From: Salinibacterium sp.
Lineage (GTDB): Bacteria; Actinomycetota; Actinomycetes; Actinomycetales; Microbacteriaceae
Length of the DNA: 64,000 nucleotides
Direction: 5' to 3'
NCBI GenBank assembly: GCA_019638845.1
Contig: JAHBSZ010000008.1
Location: 11,790 to 75,789, forward strand
The notes under the pieces were generated by a model. It worked only from the letters and a program-made list of their open reading frames with translations, ran no database searches and was not told where the DNA came from. The translations under genes and the position numbers were made by a program. Positions within the stretch are counted from its first letter, which is position 1; each line of letters opens with the position of its first letter. Of this stretch, positions 41,221 to 49,989 are shown in pieces.

Positions 41221-42136
41221 ATCGTCGCCCGACGGCAACCTCGTGGAAGTCCGGCGATGGCTGCAAACCGAACCGAAGCTCGCCGAACTCATCGCGCGGT
41301 ACCCGGCCGAATGGACCCGTGCACGCGCAGACATGCTCGCCGCGAGCAAATCCGGGAACACCTCATCACTGCTGGCGAGCATCGCGGGTGCGCACAGCGG
41401 ACCCCGAGACAGAGTGAAACCTGAGCGACAGCAGCTCGCGGATCTCGTCCGTGGCCAGATGATTCTGCGTGCACTGCGCGCGGCTGGACTCCGCGCAGAG
41501 ACCGGCGTCGACAGCGGGCCCGTGAAGTTCAGCAAGCTCGACGGAACCATCCTCCAGCACCTGTTCTTCTCACAAGGGCTGACCCGCAAACCCGTGTCGA
41601 TGGCCCTCTACTGCCTGGTGTGGCCTCTGGCGCGACAACGTCGCCGACTGCTTCCTCTCGTGCGCCCGCAGGGCATCTACTGCTTCTACTCGAAGCATCT
41701 CATCCGCGAGATCGCCACTCTCGCAGCAGGTCGCCCCGTCCTCGAGATCGCAGCAGGCGACGGCACCCTCTCCCGCTTCCTCCGCGACGCGGGCGTGGAC
41801 GCTCGGGCCACAGATGACTTCAGCTGGGCGAACTCCATCGACTACGGCGACGACGTCGAACGCATGGACGCCCGAACGGCACTACGACGCTCACAGCCAA
41901 GCGTTGTCATCTGCTCGTGGCCGCCACCAGGCAACCCGTTCGAGCGATCCGTTTTCGCCACCGCGTCCGTCGATCACTACATCGTGATCACCAGTGCGAA
42001 CAACAACGACGCCAGCGACTGGCAGGGCTACCTGGCACAGAACTTCTTCGACATGATCGGTGATGAGAGGCTCAGCCGAATGGTGCTCCCGCAAGGGGCC
42101 AGTCGCGTACTCATCTTCACGAGGCGGCGAAGGTGA
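41213..42136 (+). CDS. Class I SAM-dependent methyltransferase-like protein
   Basis: VLEIAAGDG motif I, DARATD, CSWPP; uncharacterised N-terminal half. Confidence 0.72.
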   Translation: MSRSSPDGNLVEVRRWLQTEPKLAELIARYPAEWTRARADMLAASKSGNTSSLLASIAGAHSGPRDRVKPERQQLADLVRGQMILRALRAAGLRAETGVDSGPVKFSKLDGTILQHLFFSQGLTRKPVSMALYCLVWPLARQRRRLLPLVRPQGIYCFYSKHLIREIATLAAGRPVLEIAAGDGTLSRFLRDAGVDARATDDFSWANSIDYGDDVERMDARTALRRSQPSVVICSWPPPGNPFERSVFATASVDHYIVITSANNNDASDWQGYLAQNFFDMIGDERLSRMVLPQGASRVLIFTRRRR

Positions 42137-43671
42137 AGAATTTATCGCCGCTACCCCTGTGGGCGGCAGTCCCCGTCGCAGCTTCGGCCGGAATCATCCT
42201 CGACGCCGCCTTCCCTGACCGGGGCTGGTGGCCTCTCGCGTTCGTGGGCATCGCACTGAACCTAGCGGTGCTCATCGGACGTCGACTTGGTGCAGCCTTC
42301 CTCGTGGGCTTCGTCGCAGGCGGGACGTTCTACCTTGCGCATATCGAATGGGCGTCCCTGTTTCTCGGTCCGTTGCCCATGGCCGCTCTAGTGGTACTGC
42401 AGGCTCTCTTCTTCGGCGTCGGCGGGATGGCGATCACGCTGGCCTACCGATGGGTGCCCCTGGCGTACGCCACGCTCTCGGGACGGCTGGCTGTGCTGCC
42501 GATCACGGTTGCAGGGCTCTGGGTTTTCCGCGAAGGGGTAGCAAGCACCTGGCCGTACGGCGGATTCTCGTGGGGACGCGTCGCCATGTCCCAGTCGGAC
42601 AGTCCGATCACCTCACTCTTCGGCTGGTTGGGCGTTTCCGGTGTGAGCTTCGCCATGGTCCTCTTGGTCGCGATCTGCGTAGAAGCAGTCCGCTACCAAG
42701 GCTCACCTCAACTTGGTCGGGCCATTGCGCCCCTCGCGCTGGCCGCAGTGATGACCGGGGTGCCCAGCTGGCCGACCCCCACCATCGGAACCCTTCGGGT
42801 CGCCGCTGTCCAGGGCAACGGACCTGCTGGCTACTTCGACTCGCGCGAGCCCGGCGACCTCACCGCCGCCCAGCTCGGCGCCACCCGACCACTCTTCGGG
42901 GAACGGGCCGACGTGGTGCTCTGGCCCGAAGGTTCCACCGATGACAGCCCTCTCACCGACCCGTACACCGCCGCAGTGTTCGACGAGGTGTCCCGCCAGA
43001 TGGGCGCGCCCTTGGTGGGATGGGCGGTCACTGAACGCAACGATCGCACGTACAACACCGAGATTCTGTGGACTGCTGAGGATGGCGCTACCGACTACTA
43101 CGACAAGAAGCATCCTGTGCCGTTCGGGGAGTATGTCCCGAATCGAGACTTCTGGCGACCATTCGCGCCCGACCTCATCGACCTCGTCCAGCGCGACTAC
43201 ACCCCTGGCACGACAGACCCGATCTTCGACATCGGGGGCGTGCTGGTAGGGATCAACATCTGCTTCGACGTCGTGGACGACCGAGTACTCCGAGCCTCCG
43301 TGCTCCAAGGCGCGACAGCAATCTTCTCGTCGTCTAACAACGCCGATTTCGGAAGGTCCGACCAAAGCGCTCAACAACTCGCCATCGCCCGCATACGCGC
43401 CATGGAGCTGGGCCGCTCAGTCGTAAACGTCTCAACCGTCGGCCTCACCGCGGCCATCGGCCCGGACGGCGAGATCCTCCAACAGCTTCCCTGGTTCACC
43501 GCCGCCAGCCTCGTTCAGGACGTCTCCCTGATCCAGACGGTCACACCAGCAGCCCTGTTCGGAGGACAGATCGAGTTCGCTCTCGCCGGTGTGGCGATGG
43601 CCCTGCTCGTCGGATCAGCCTCTTATCCCGCTTCGAGAAGGAAGCTTATTGATTCAGTGGACGCTGTATAG
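42133..43671 (+). CDS. lnt: Apolipoprotein N-acyltransferase
   Basis: Nitrilase triad WPE / YDKKHPVPFGEY / NICFD; QGN motif; multiple TM. Confidence 0.92.
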   Translation: MKNLSPLPLWAAVPVAASAGIILDAAFPDRGWWPLAFVGIALNLAVLIGRRLGAAFLVGFVAGGTFYLAHIEWASLFLGPLPMAALVVLQALFFGVGGMAITLAYRWVPLAYATLSGRLAVLPITVAGLWVFREGVASTWPYGGFSWGRVAMSQSDSPITSLFGWLGVSGVSFAMVLLVAICVEAVRYQGSPQLGRAIAPLALAAVMTGVPSWPTPTIGTLRVAAVQGNGPAGYFDSREPGDLTAAQLGATRPLFGERADVVLWPEGSTDDSPLTDPYTAAVFDEVSRQMGAPLVGWAVTERNDRTYNTEILWTAEDGATDYYDKKHPVPFGEYVPNRDFWRPFAPDLIDLVQRDYTPGTTDPIFDIGGVLVGINICFDVVDDRVLRASVLQGATAIFSSSNNADFGRSDQSAQQLAIARIRAMELGRSVVNVSTVGLTAAIGPDGEILQQLPWFTAASLVQDVSLIQTVTPAALFGGQIEFALAGVAMALLVGSASYPASRRKLIDSVDAV

Positions 43672-43672
43672 T
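43652..43672 (+). promoter_or_regulatory. CmtR-type operator with -10 TATAGT (leaderless cmtR promoter)
   Basis: ATTCAG-N6-CTGTAT imperfect inverted repeat; TATAGT at 43667-43672, 6 nt before ATG 43679; no SD. Confidence 0.6.
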
Positions 43673-43678
43673 CATTGG

Positions 43679-44032
43679 ATGCTGACTATTGCTTCGCGCC
43701 TTGACGTCATGAATCGGTTGGGCCGGGCCATGGCCGACCCCACTCGTTCCCGGATCCTGCTCAGCCTCCTCGACGGACCCGGCTACCCGGCTCAACTTTC
43801 GCGCGAACTAGAGCTCACGCGCTCCAACGTGTCAAACCACCTCACCTGCCTGCGCGGATGCGGCATCGTCGTCGCAACGCCGGAAGGTCGGCAGACCCGC
43901 TACGAGATCGCCGACGCCCACCTCACTTGCGCACTGACAGCGCTCTTGGAGACAGTGCTCGCCGTTGACGATGGATTCGATTGCACGGACGAGAACTGCG
44001 ACGTGCCGCTGTGCTGCGGGGTGGACGCATGA
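43679..44032 (+). CDS. cmtR: Cd/Pb-sensing ArsR/SmtB repressor, CmtR type
   Basis: ADPTRSRIL, SNHLTCLRGCG (alpha4 Cys pair), C-terminal Cys residues. Confidence 0.85.
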   Translation: MLTIASRLDVMNRLGRAMADPTRSRILLSLLDGPGYPAQLSRELELTRSNVSNHLTCLRGCGIVVATPEGRQTRYEIADAHLTCALTALLETVLAVDDGFDCTDENCDVPLCCGVDA

Positions 44033-46101
44033 GCAAGGAATGCTGCGGTCCCGACGAGGCTGCGGAGCCCCGGAAGCTCATGCTTACTCGCCGCCCCGGC
44101 GACAGCGAAGTTGCCGCCGCCGTCCGGCCTCACGATCACGATGATGCGGCACATGAGCACGATGACGATGATGACGAACACGACCATGGCGGCGCCGAGG
44201 AGTTGGTCCCCTGGTGGCGCGACCGGCATCTCCTGCTGCCGATCGCATCCGGGATTCTCCTCGCAGTCGGCTATGCCCTCGAGTGGTCCGGTGTGGGACT
44301 GGTCGCGACGATCATCCTCGGCCTCAGCCTCATCACCGGTGCGCTGACCTTCGTTCCTAACGCCATCAAACGCCTGATCCATCGCAAGCTCGGCGTCGGC
44401 CTTCTCATGACGATCGCCGCCATGGGCGCCGTGCTCTTGGGGCACGTGGGAGAGGCCGCAGCACTCGCCTTCCTGTTCTCGATAGCTGAGGCACTGGAGG
44501 ACCGCGCGATGGACAAAGCCAAGAACGGATTGCGCGCACTTCTGTCACTGATCCCTGACACGGCAGTGATCTCCAAACTTGCCGGGAACGTCTCGATCCC
44601 TGCGAGCGACCTTCGGGAACTCGACATCCTCGTGATCCGCCCGGGGGATCGCGTCGCCACTGACGGCGTCGTGGTCACCGGCCGCAGCAGCATCGACACC
44701 TCGGCGATCACCGGAGAATCCATCCCCGTGGAGGTGGGCCCGGGCGACGCGGTGCCCGCCGGCTCCATCAACGGCGGCGGAGCTCTGCAGATCGAGGCGA
44801 CCGCTGACGGCCGCGACAACTCCCTGACGAAGATCGTAGAGCTCGTCGAGCAAGCCAGCGCTCGCAAGGGCGAGCGAGCACGCCTGGCGGACCGAATCGC
44901 CAAACCGCTCGTACCGGTGGTGCTCATCCTCGCGGGCCTCATTATCGTCTTCGGGTTCCTCATCGGCGACCCCCTGACCTGGACCGAGCGAGCGCTGGTG
45001 GTGCTGGTCGCGGCGTCCCCGTGCGCACTTGCGATCGCGGTGCCGGTCACCGTCATCTCCGCGATCGGATCCGCCAGCAAGTTCGGGGTGGTCATCAAGT
45101 CCGGCCAAGCCTTCGAGCAACTAGGCACCATCAAGCTTGTCGCCTTCGACAAGACGGGGACACTCACCCGCGGACTCCCAGAGGTAGTAACCGTCATGGG
45201 CTCCGCAAGCAATGAGCGAGCCCGTGTACTCGGCATCGCGGCCGGACTCGAGGCACACAGCACCCACCCGCTCGGAGCAGCGATCATCGCCGCATCGACG
45301 ACACCCGCCGCGGTGACTGAGGTCACGGAAGAGCCCGGTCTTGGAATCTCGGGTCTCGTCGACGGCCAGCGTGCCCGCGTCGGCAGCCCACGATGGGTCA
45401 ACGCAGACGGGCTGGCCGCAGACGCCTCGCGGCTCGAGGACGAAGGCATGACAGTGGTCGTCGTCGAGGTCGACGATAAGGTCGTGGGAATCATCGGCAT
45501 CCGTGACGAACTGAAGCCCGAGGCAGTCGAAACGGTGGAGCAGCTCGCCGCCGCGGGTATCGGTACGGTCATGCTCACCGGCGACAACGAGCGCACGGCT
45601 CGCGCCCTTGCCGCGCAGGTGGGTATCACCGACGTGCGGGCGCAACTTCTTCCTGCTGACAAGGCGGCAGCAATTGAGTCGTTCGTCGCGATTCAGCGCA
45701 CCGCGATGGTTGGCGACGGGATCAACGACGCTCCCGCCCTTGCGGCTGCGGATGTAGGCATCGCGATGGGGGTCACCGGATCCGACGCGGCCATCGAGTC
45801 CGCGTCCGTCGCGTTCACCGGCAACGACCTTCGACTGCTACCCGCTGCGCTCCTGCACGCCCGCCGCGGCCGGCGGATCATGACGGGCAACATCGTGCTG
45901 TCCCTCGGCATCATCATCTTGCTGTTCCCGTTGGCCCTCCTCGGCGTGCTCGGGCTTGCGGGCGTCGTGCTCGTGCACGAGATCGCGGAGCTGATCGTCA
46001 TCCTCAACGGCGTGCGAGCCGCGCGCCGACCCAAGTCGATCACGGCGCTTGATTCCCGCGCTGCGGTGTCGCCTCCGCCCACAGTCGACGAGTCGGTATG
46101 A
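44029..46101 (+). CDS. Heavy-metal (Cd/Zn/Co/Pb) P1B-ATPase, SPC / HE type
   Basis: SPCAL, DKTGT, HP, GDGIND and VHEIAE motifs; N-terminal CC plus His/Asp-rich tract. Confidence 0.92.
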   Translation: MSKECCGPDEAAEPRKLMLTRRPGDSEVAAAVRPHDHDDAAHEHDDDDDEHDHGGAEELVPWWRDRHLLLPIASGILLAVGYALEWSGVGLVATIILGLSLITGALTFVPNAIKRLIHRKLGVGLLMTIAAMGAVLLGHVGEAAALAFLFSIAEALEDRAMDKAKNGLRALLSLIPDTAVISKLAGNVSIPASDLRELDILVIRPGDRVATDGVVVTGRSSIDTSAITGESIPVEVGPGDAVPAGSINGGGALQIEATADGRDNSLTKIVELVEQASARKGERARLADRIAKPLVPVVLILAGLIIVFGFLIGDPLTWTERALVVLVAASPCALAIAVPVTVISAIGSASKFGVVIKSGQAFEQLGTIKLVAFDKTGTLTRGLPEVVTVMGSASNERARVLGIAAGLEAHSTHPLGAAIIAASTTPAAVTEVTEEPGLGISGLVDGQRARVGSPRWVNADGLAADASRLEDEGMTVVVVEVDDKVVGIIGIRDELKPEAVETVEQLAAAGIGTVMLTGDNERTARALAAQVGITDVRAQLLPADKAAAIESFVAIQRTAMVGDGINDAPALAAADVGIAMGVTGSDAAIESASVAFTGNDLRLLPAALLHARRGRRIMTGNIVLSLGIIILLFPLALLGVLGLAGVVLVHEIAELIVILNGVRAARRPKSITALDSRAAVSPPPTVDESV

Positions 46102-46219
46102 CCGTGCCCTGAACGCCCGGACCCGCGGCAGCAATTCGTCGAGGTGAAGCGATTTGGTCAGGCGGTCTTCGGTTCCCGCGCCCAGACCCTGGACTTCGAA
46201 GTGGATCGCACAGACACGA

Positions 46220-46789
46220 CTACTTGACCGGCCACCCTGCGGACCGAAGAAGACGGGCAAGCCGCTCGACTTCTCGCCTGGACTCGGTCAATCGCTCCTC
46301 GGTCGAACGAAGGTAGAGCCCTTCGGTACTATTCAGCGCGGATCGCTCAAGCTCCAGCATGGTCTCGAGTCTTGAGGTTTCGGCCGTTCTCGTCCTCCAC
46401 TCGCGCAGAGCCTGAAGCTCCGCGAAGGCGTTGCGCTCGTCGAGGGAGGTCGGGATCCTCGACCCGTCCGAGATTCCTGATAGCCATGCATCGAACTCAA
46501 TTGCCGACATCGAACTGAATTCTTTGCTCAATCCGGGCAAGTCCAAGGGGGCATCTGGATTTCCGATCGGTGCGAGCAAATAGCTCAACGGAACGCGAAG
46601 CGCCATCGCGATATTCAATAGCTGCACGACGTCGATCGCCGCCTTCCGTCCCAGTTCGATGTTCTCGATCGTCGACTGGCTCGGTACTCCACCGATGGCT
46701 TCAGCCAGCTCGCGCGCACTCATCCCTCGGGCCTTGCGCGCTCCTTGAATGCGCTCTCCGAGTGAGCGCGCCGACCGGTAATCCGTCAC
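46220..46789 (-). CDS. XRE family transcriptional regulator
   Basis: LGERIQGARKARGMSARELA...QSTIENIELGR HTH; divergent from the xis-like gene. Confidence 0.85.
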   Translation of the reverse strand: MTDYRSARSLGERIQGARKARGMSARELAEAIGGVPSQSTIENIELGRKAAIDVVQLLNIAMALRVPLSYLLAPIGNPDAPLDLPGLSKEFSSMSAIEFDAWLSGISDGSRIPTSLDERNAFAELQALREWRTRTAETSRLETMLELERSALNSTEGLYLRSTEERLTESRREVERLARLLRSAGWPVK

Positions 46790-46809
46790 TTTGACAGGAT
46801 ACCGGGCAA

Positions 46810-46875
46810 TTCTCTTGCTAAAACAACGAGAATCGATTACCGTCAAAACAACGAGAAACAACCCATGTTTCTTGT
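46810..46875. promoter_or_regulatory. Operator array in the XRE/Xis divergent promoter
   Basis: AAAACAACGAGAA at 46820-46832 and 46845-46857; inverted partial copies TTCTCTTG (46810) and TTTCTTGT (46868). Confidence 0.55.
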
Positions 46876-46887
46876 GATTAGACGGGA

Positions 46888-47103
46888 GTGATCATGGAAG
46901 CTGATTTCATTCAGCCTGCCGCAGTGAGCGAGATGACGGGCATGTCCACCGGGGCATTGGCGCAGCTTCGCTACACCGGCACCGGTCCGCGGTTCTACAA
47001 GCCCACCCCGAAGACCGTCCTCTACCGGCGTTCGGAGGTCATCGCCTGGGTCGAGGCGAGCGCCCACGAGAGCACGTCGCGGGCTACTCCGAGCTTCGCC
47101 TGA
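46888..47103 (+). CDS. Excisionase/AlpA-like HTH protein
   Basis: LAQLRYTGTGPRFYK...VLYRRSEVIAW pattern; 71 aa. Confidence 0.82.
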   Translation: MIMEADFIQPAAVSEMTGMSTGALAQLRYTGTGPRFYKPTPKTVLYRRSEVIAWVEASAHESTSRATPSFA

Positions 47104-47105
47104 CG

Positions 47106-47522
47106 GTGATGGGGTTGTACGCCGCGAAGAATGCCGTGCTGGTGGCCATGCGCCTGAAGCTGGGCAACACTGCTGCGCGTCTGCTCAACCACATGGCCCT
47201 GGAGTGCTGGGACGAACCGCGCGGCGATCAGGCAGCGCGCCGCTACTTCGCCGGTCGGGAATCATCGGCGATCGCACTCGGGTTCGGTGCTCCGGGCAAC
47301 GCGACCGAGGCCGCGCACCGTGCCGTGAAGCGCGCGATCAAAGAGCTGATCGAGCGCGGAGCTATCCGCCGCGTACGGTTGGGCGGCCGCGGCGAGACCT
47401 CGGAGTATGAGCTGCTGCTCGACAGTTCGCGTCCACCAGCCGCTCGTCGGGGTGCCGATGAACCCATCCCGTTCCCCTCCCAGGGGACGACCGATTGGTC
47501 CCCACAGAGGGCCAATTTTTGA
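47106..47522 (+). CDS. Winged-helix replication-initiator-like protein
   Basis: AVKRAIKELIERGAIRRV wHTH; iteron-like repeats in and after its 3' end. Confidence 0.5.
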   Translation: MMGLYAAKNAVLVAMRLKLGNTAARLLNHMALECWDEPRGDQAARRYFAGRESSAIALGFGAPGNATEAAHRAVKRAIKELIERGAIRRVRLGGRGETSEYELLLDSSRPPAARRGADEPIPFPSQGTTDWSPQRANF

Positions 47523-47573
47523 GCCCCTTAGGGGACCGAAAAGTTGTCGATTAGGGGACCACTGAGTGGCCCC
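47482..47573. repeat. Iteron-like repeats, about 23-bp period
   Basis: AGGGGAC/GTCCCC-type units; exact TTAGGGGACC at 47528-47537 and 47551-47560. Confidence 0.55.
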
Positions 47574-47673
47574 GTTAACAGGAAGAACAGGAATGAACAG
47601 AACAGGACCAGTACGCGCGAGGCGCGACGGGCCGGATGTTCGTGAGTCCGCTTCTGCGGTTCTTCCGATGTCA

Positions 47674-47821
47674 CGAACTTCCGAAGTTCGGGAGCAGGGT
47701 TTCTCTCTTCCCTTAGTGCCGAACTTCGGAACCCCCGTAGAGCCGAAGTACCTGCCTGCGGAATTTACAGAGTCCGGAACGCCCGGACTGTGGACAAACC
47801 CAACCCCGAAAGGACCGAAGT
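47674..47821. repeat. CCGAAGT/ACTTCGG repeats upstream of parA (centromere-like)
   Basis: Palindromes CGAACTTC-C-GAAGTTCG (47674-47690) and CCGAA-C-TTCGG (47719-47729); CCGAAGT at 47743 and 47815. Confidence 0.5.
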
Positions 47822-47822
47822 C

Positions 47823-48467
47823 TTGAAGCTCGTAGCAGTCACCAACCAGAAGGGTGGCGCTGGGAAGACGACCACCACCATGAACCTTGCCGCGATCGCA
47901 GCCGAGAACTCGCGGGTGCTCGTGGTCGACGTCGACCCGCAGCAGTCGACCACGTGGTGGGCCTCCACCGCCGACGACACTCTGCCGTTTGACTTTGCCG
48001 CCAACACCGACGCGAGCATGCTGGGGCGGTTGCGTGACTTACCGTTCGACGTGATCTTCGTCGACACCCCCGGCAACCTCACCGACTCGAAAATCCTCGC
48101 TTCCGTGCTCTCGGTGGCGGACTTCGCCATCATCCCGACTGAACCTGAGGCGTTGTGCATCCCGCCGATGGTGCGCACGATCCGCACTCTGGTCGAGCCG
48201 TCCGGGACTCCCTATCGAGTGCTGCTGTCCAAGATCGACATGCGCGTGCCCGGCCAGCTTGACGACGCCGAAGCTCTCATCGACAGCCTGAACCTGCCTC
48301 GCTTCAACCGGCCCATCCGTAAGTACAAAGTTCATGCAGATGCACCCATCGAGGGCAAGGTCGTGACCCAGTACGCGGAGTCGCGGCAGACCGCGAAGGC
48401 CATCGACGACTACCGCGCGGTCGCCCTCGAGCTCATGACCATCTGGGCGCACGCCGGGGCGGCCTGA
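47823..48467 (+). CDS. parA: ParA family partition ATPase
   Basis: Deviant Walker A NQKGGAGKTT, VDVDPQ and VDTPG motifs; no N-terminal HTH. Confidence 0.92.
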   Translation: MKLVAVTNQKGGAGKTTTTMNLAAIAAENSRVLVVDVDPQQSTTWWASTADDTLPFDFAANTDASMLGRLRDLPFDVIFVDTPGNLTDSKILASVLSVADFAIIPTEPEALCIPPMVRTIRTLVEPSGTPYRVLLSKIDMRVPGQLDDAEALIDSLNLPRFNRPIRKYKVHADAPIEGKVVTQYAESRQTAKAIDDYRAVALELMTIWAHAGAA

Positions 48468-48880
48468 TGGCCCGCCAGAGCCTGGGTGACCTCCTCGGCA
48501 AGGTCGAAGAACCCACCCCACCGAAGGTGCTGGAGCCCGCGCCCGAACCCCAGATCGCGTCCGCTCCGATCGCAGATCCGCGACCCGAGCGAGTACCAGT
48601 CGCGCGTCCGTCGCGGCCGAAGACGGTCGCCGCCCCGCGCCCGGCAGACGAGCTGCCGACCTACCTGAAGCTCGTGCGCAAGGAGACCCGGCTGCGTGAA
48701 GACCAGCAGAACCAACTCACCCTGCAGGCCCGACGCCTCAATCGCGCGAAGTCTGCCGGCACCCCTCGAATTACGGACAACACCCTCATCCGTATCGCCG
48801 TCGACCTGCTCCTCGAGCGCATCGAGACCGCTCGCGGGGACGACGAATCAGCCATCCTCGCCAGCGTGCGGAAGCCCTGA
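48467..48880 (+). CDS. ParA partner (small DNA-binding adaptor, RHH-like)
   Basis: Coupled to parA; disordered N-terminus plus RKETRL...RITDNTLIRIAVD. Confidence 0.65.
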   Translation: MARQSLGDLLGKVEEPTPPKVLEPAPEPQIASAPIADPRPERVPVARPSRPKTVAAPRPADELPTYLKLVRKETRLREDQQNQLTLQARRLNRAKSAGTPRITDNTLIRIAVDLLLERIETARGDDESAILASVRKP

Positions 48881-49027
48881 CGATGAGCCAGCCGACTGCT
48901 CCTCGAGCGCCGATTGGTCAAGCGCAACACTTTCGACCAAAGGTTGAGACGACTTTGGATTTCGTTTTTGCGACACGCGCACGGGCGTTCTACCCCCATT
49001 CGTGGGCCCCGCTTATTTTCGAGGAGA

Positions 49028-49200
49028 CCGTTCGTTTGGGTACTCACCCATCGCGACCACCCAAACGAACGGAAATGCCCTGTTTTCCCCTGTCCCCCCG
49101 CCAATGCCTGGCAGAGCCAGCTTCCCAACCTCCCGCACCCAACAAGTTGTCCACGGGAGGTTGGGAAGTAAAGCAGTGGCGGGGGGACAGGGAAAAACAG
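49028..49200. repeat. Tandem long inverted repeats, oriT candidate
   Basis: 14-bp perfect IR 49028-49041 / 49059-49072; nested 28-bp (2 mismatches) IR 49080-49107 / 49173-49200 and 15-bp perfect IR 49121-49135 / 49154-49168. Confidence 0.6.
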
Positions 49201-49266
49201 AAGAAGAACAGAACAAGAAACAAAGACAGGAAGCCGGGGAAACAGGGATGCGAGGTCGTTGAAGTG

Positions 49267-49989
49267 GTGCAGATCACGAGGCGAGATGAGCAGCTGGTGG
49301 AGTGGCTGAACGTCGTGCGCATGGCAGACATGCGCTCGATTCGTTGGGCGATGGCCGGTCTGAACGGAGTCACCGAACCGGTGAGCCTCCGCGTCGCGCA
49401 GAAGTGGGTATCACGCCTCGTCGAGGTCGGGTTGGTCGATCGGGAACGGCTGACCTACCAGGAAGGGCAGATCGTGTGGGCGACCCACACGGCCACCGGC
49501 CGGGTCGCCCCGAACCTCTACCGGCAGACCACCCGGCACGAGCTCGCCGTCGCGCACGTGTCCGCCCGCTATCTTGCCCGCGGGTATGAGTGGTTCCGCG
49601 ACCGTCGTCCCCAGTCGCTGCAGGACCACCAGGTCGACGGTGTCGCGGTGAAGGGGAACTTGGTCGAGCTGATCGAGGTGGAGCTGACGCCGAAGGCGTT
49701 GAAGCGGTACCAGCAGATCTACAACCACCACGGCCAGCGGCTCGCCACCGAGGGCGTCTCGAGGGTCGTGTACTTGTGCACGCGGGATGCCGCGAAGACC
49801 GTCGCGCGGGAGGCGGACAAGTTCATCTTCCGCGACCAACGCCATCGCCTGGTCGCGCTGCCGATGTTCGACGAGAAGGGCCGATGGGTCGGCAACGACA
49901 CCGACCTCTGGGAGGGTGCCCCCGAGCCGGTCGAGTCGGCGGCGGAGATTCCGACACCGCCGCTGTGGGGCAGCGAGGTGGTCTCGTGA
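49267..49989 (+). CDS. MOBC-type (Replic_Relax) relaxase
   Basis: D-x12-E-V-E-L-x2-K-x3-R-Y fits the MOBC signature; RHELAV; adjacent to the coupling protein. Confidence 0.78.
   Translation: MQITRRDEQLVEWLNVVRMADMRSIRWAMAGLNGVTEPVSLRVAQKWVSRLVEVGLVDRERLTYQEGQIVWATHTATGRVAPNLYRQTTRHELAVAHVSARYLARGYEWFRDRRPQSLQDHQVDGVAVKGNLVELIEVELTPKALKRYQQIYNHHGQRLATEGVSRVVYLCTRDAAKTVAREADKFIFRDQRHRLVALPMFDEKGRWVGNDTDLWEGAPEPVESAAEIPTPPLWGSEVVS

Noticed and set aside
44130-44195. GAT/GAC/CAC-rich low-complexity repeat
   Set aside because: Simply encodes the His/Asp-rich N-terminal tract of the ATPase.
45838-46260. 140-aa minus-strand ORF between the ATPase and XRE genes
   Set aside because: Mostly overlaps the ATPase 3' end antisense; no RBS or motif recognised.
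47528-47560. DosR boxes at the TTAGGGGACC repeats
   Set aside because: Regular 23-bp phasing at the end of a wHTH gene fits iterons better; the palindromic half is degenerate.
47482-47821. CRISPR array
   Set aside because: Repeats are short, imperfect and lack unique ~30-nt spacers; no cas genes in the window.
48883-49266. 128-aa N-terminal extension of the relaxase ORF
   Set aside because: Runs through the inverted-repeat region with atypical composition; homology-like sequence starts near VQITRRD.
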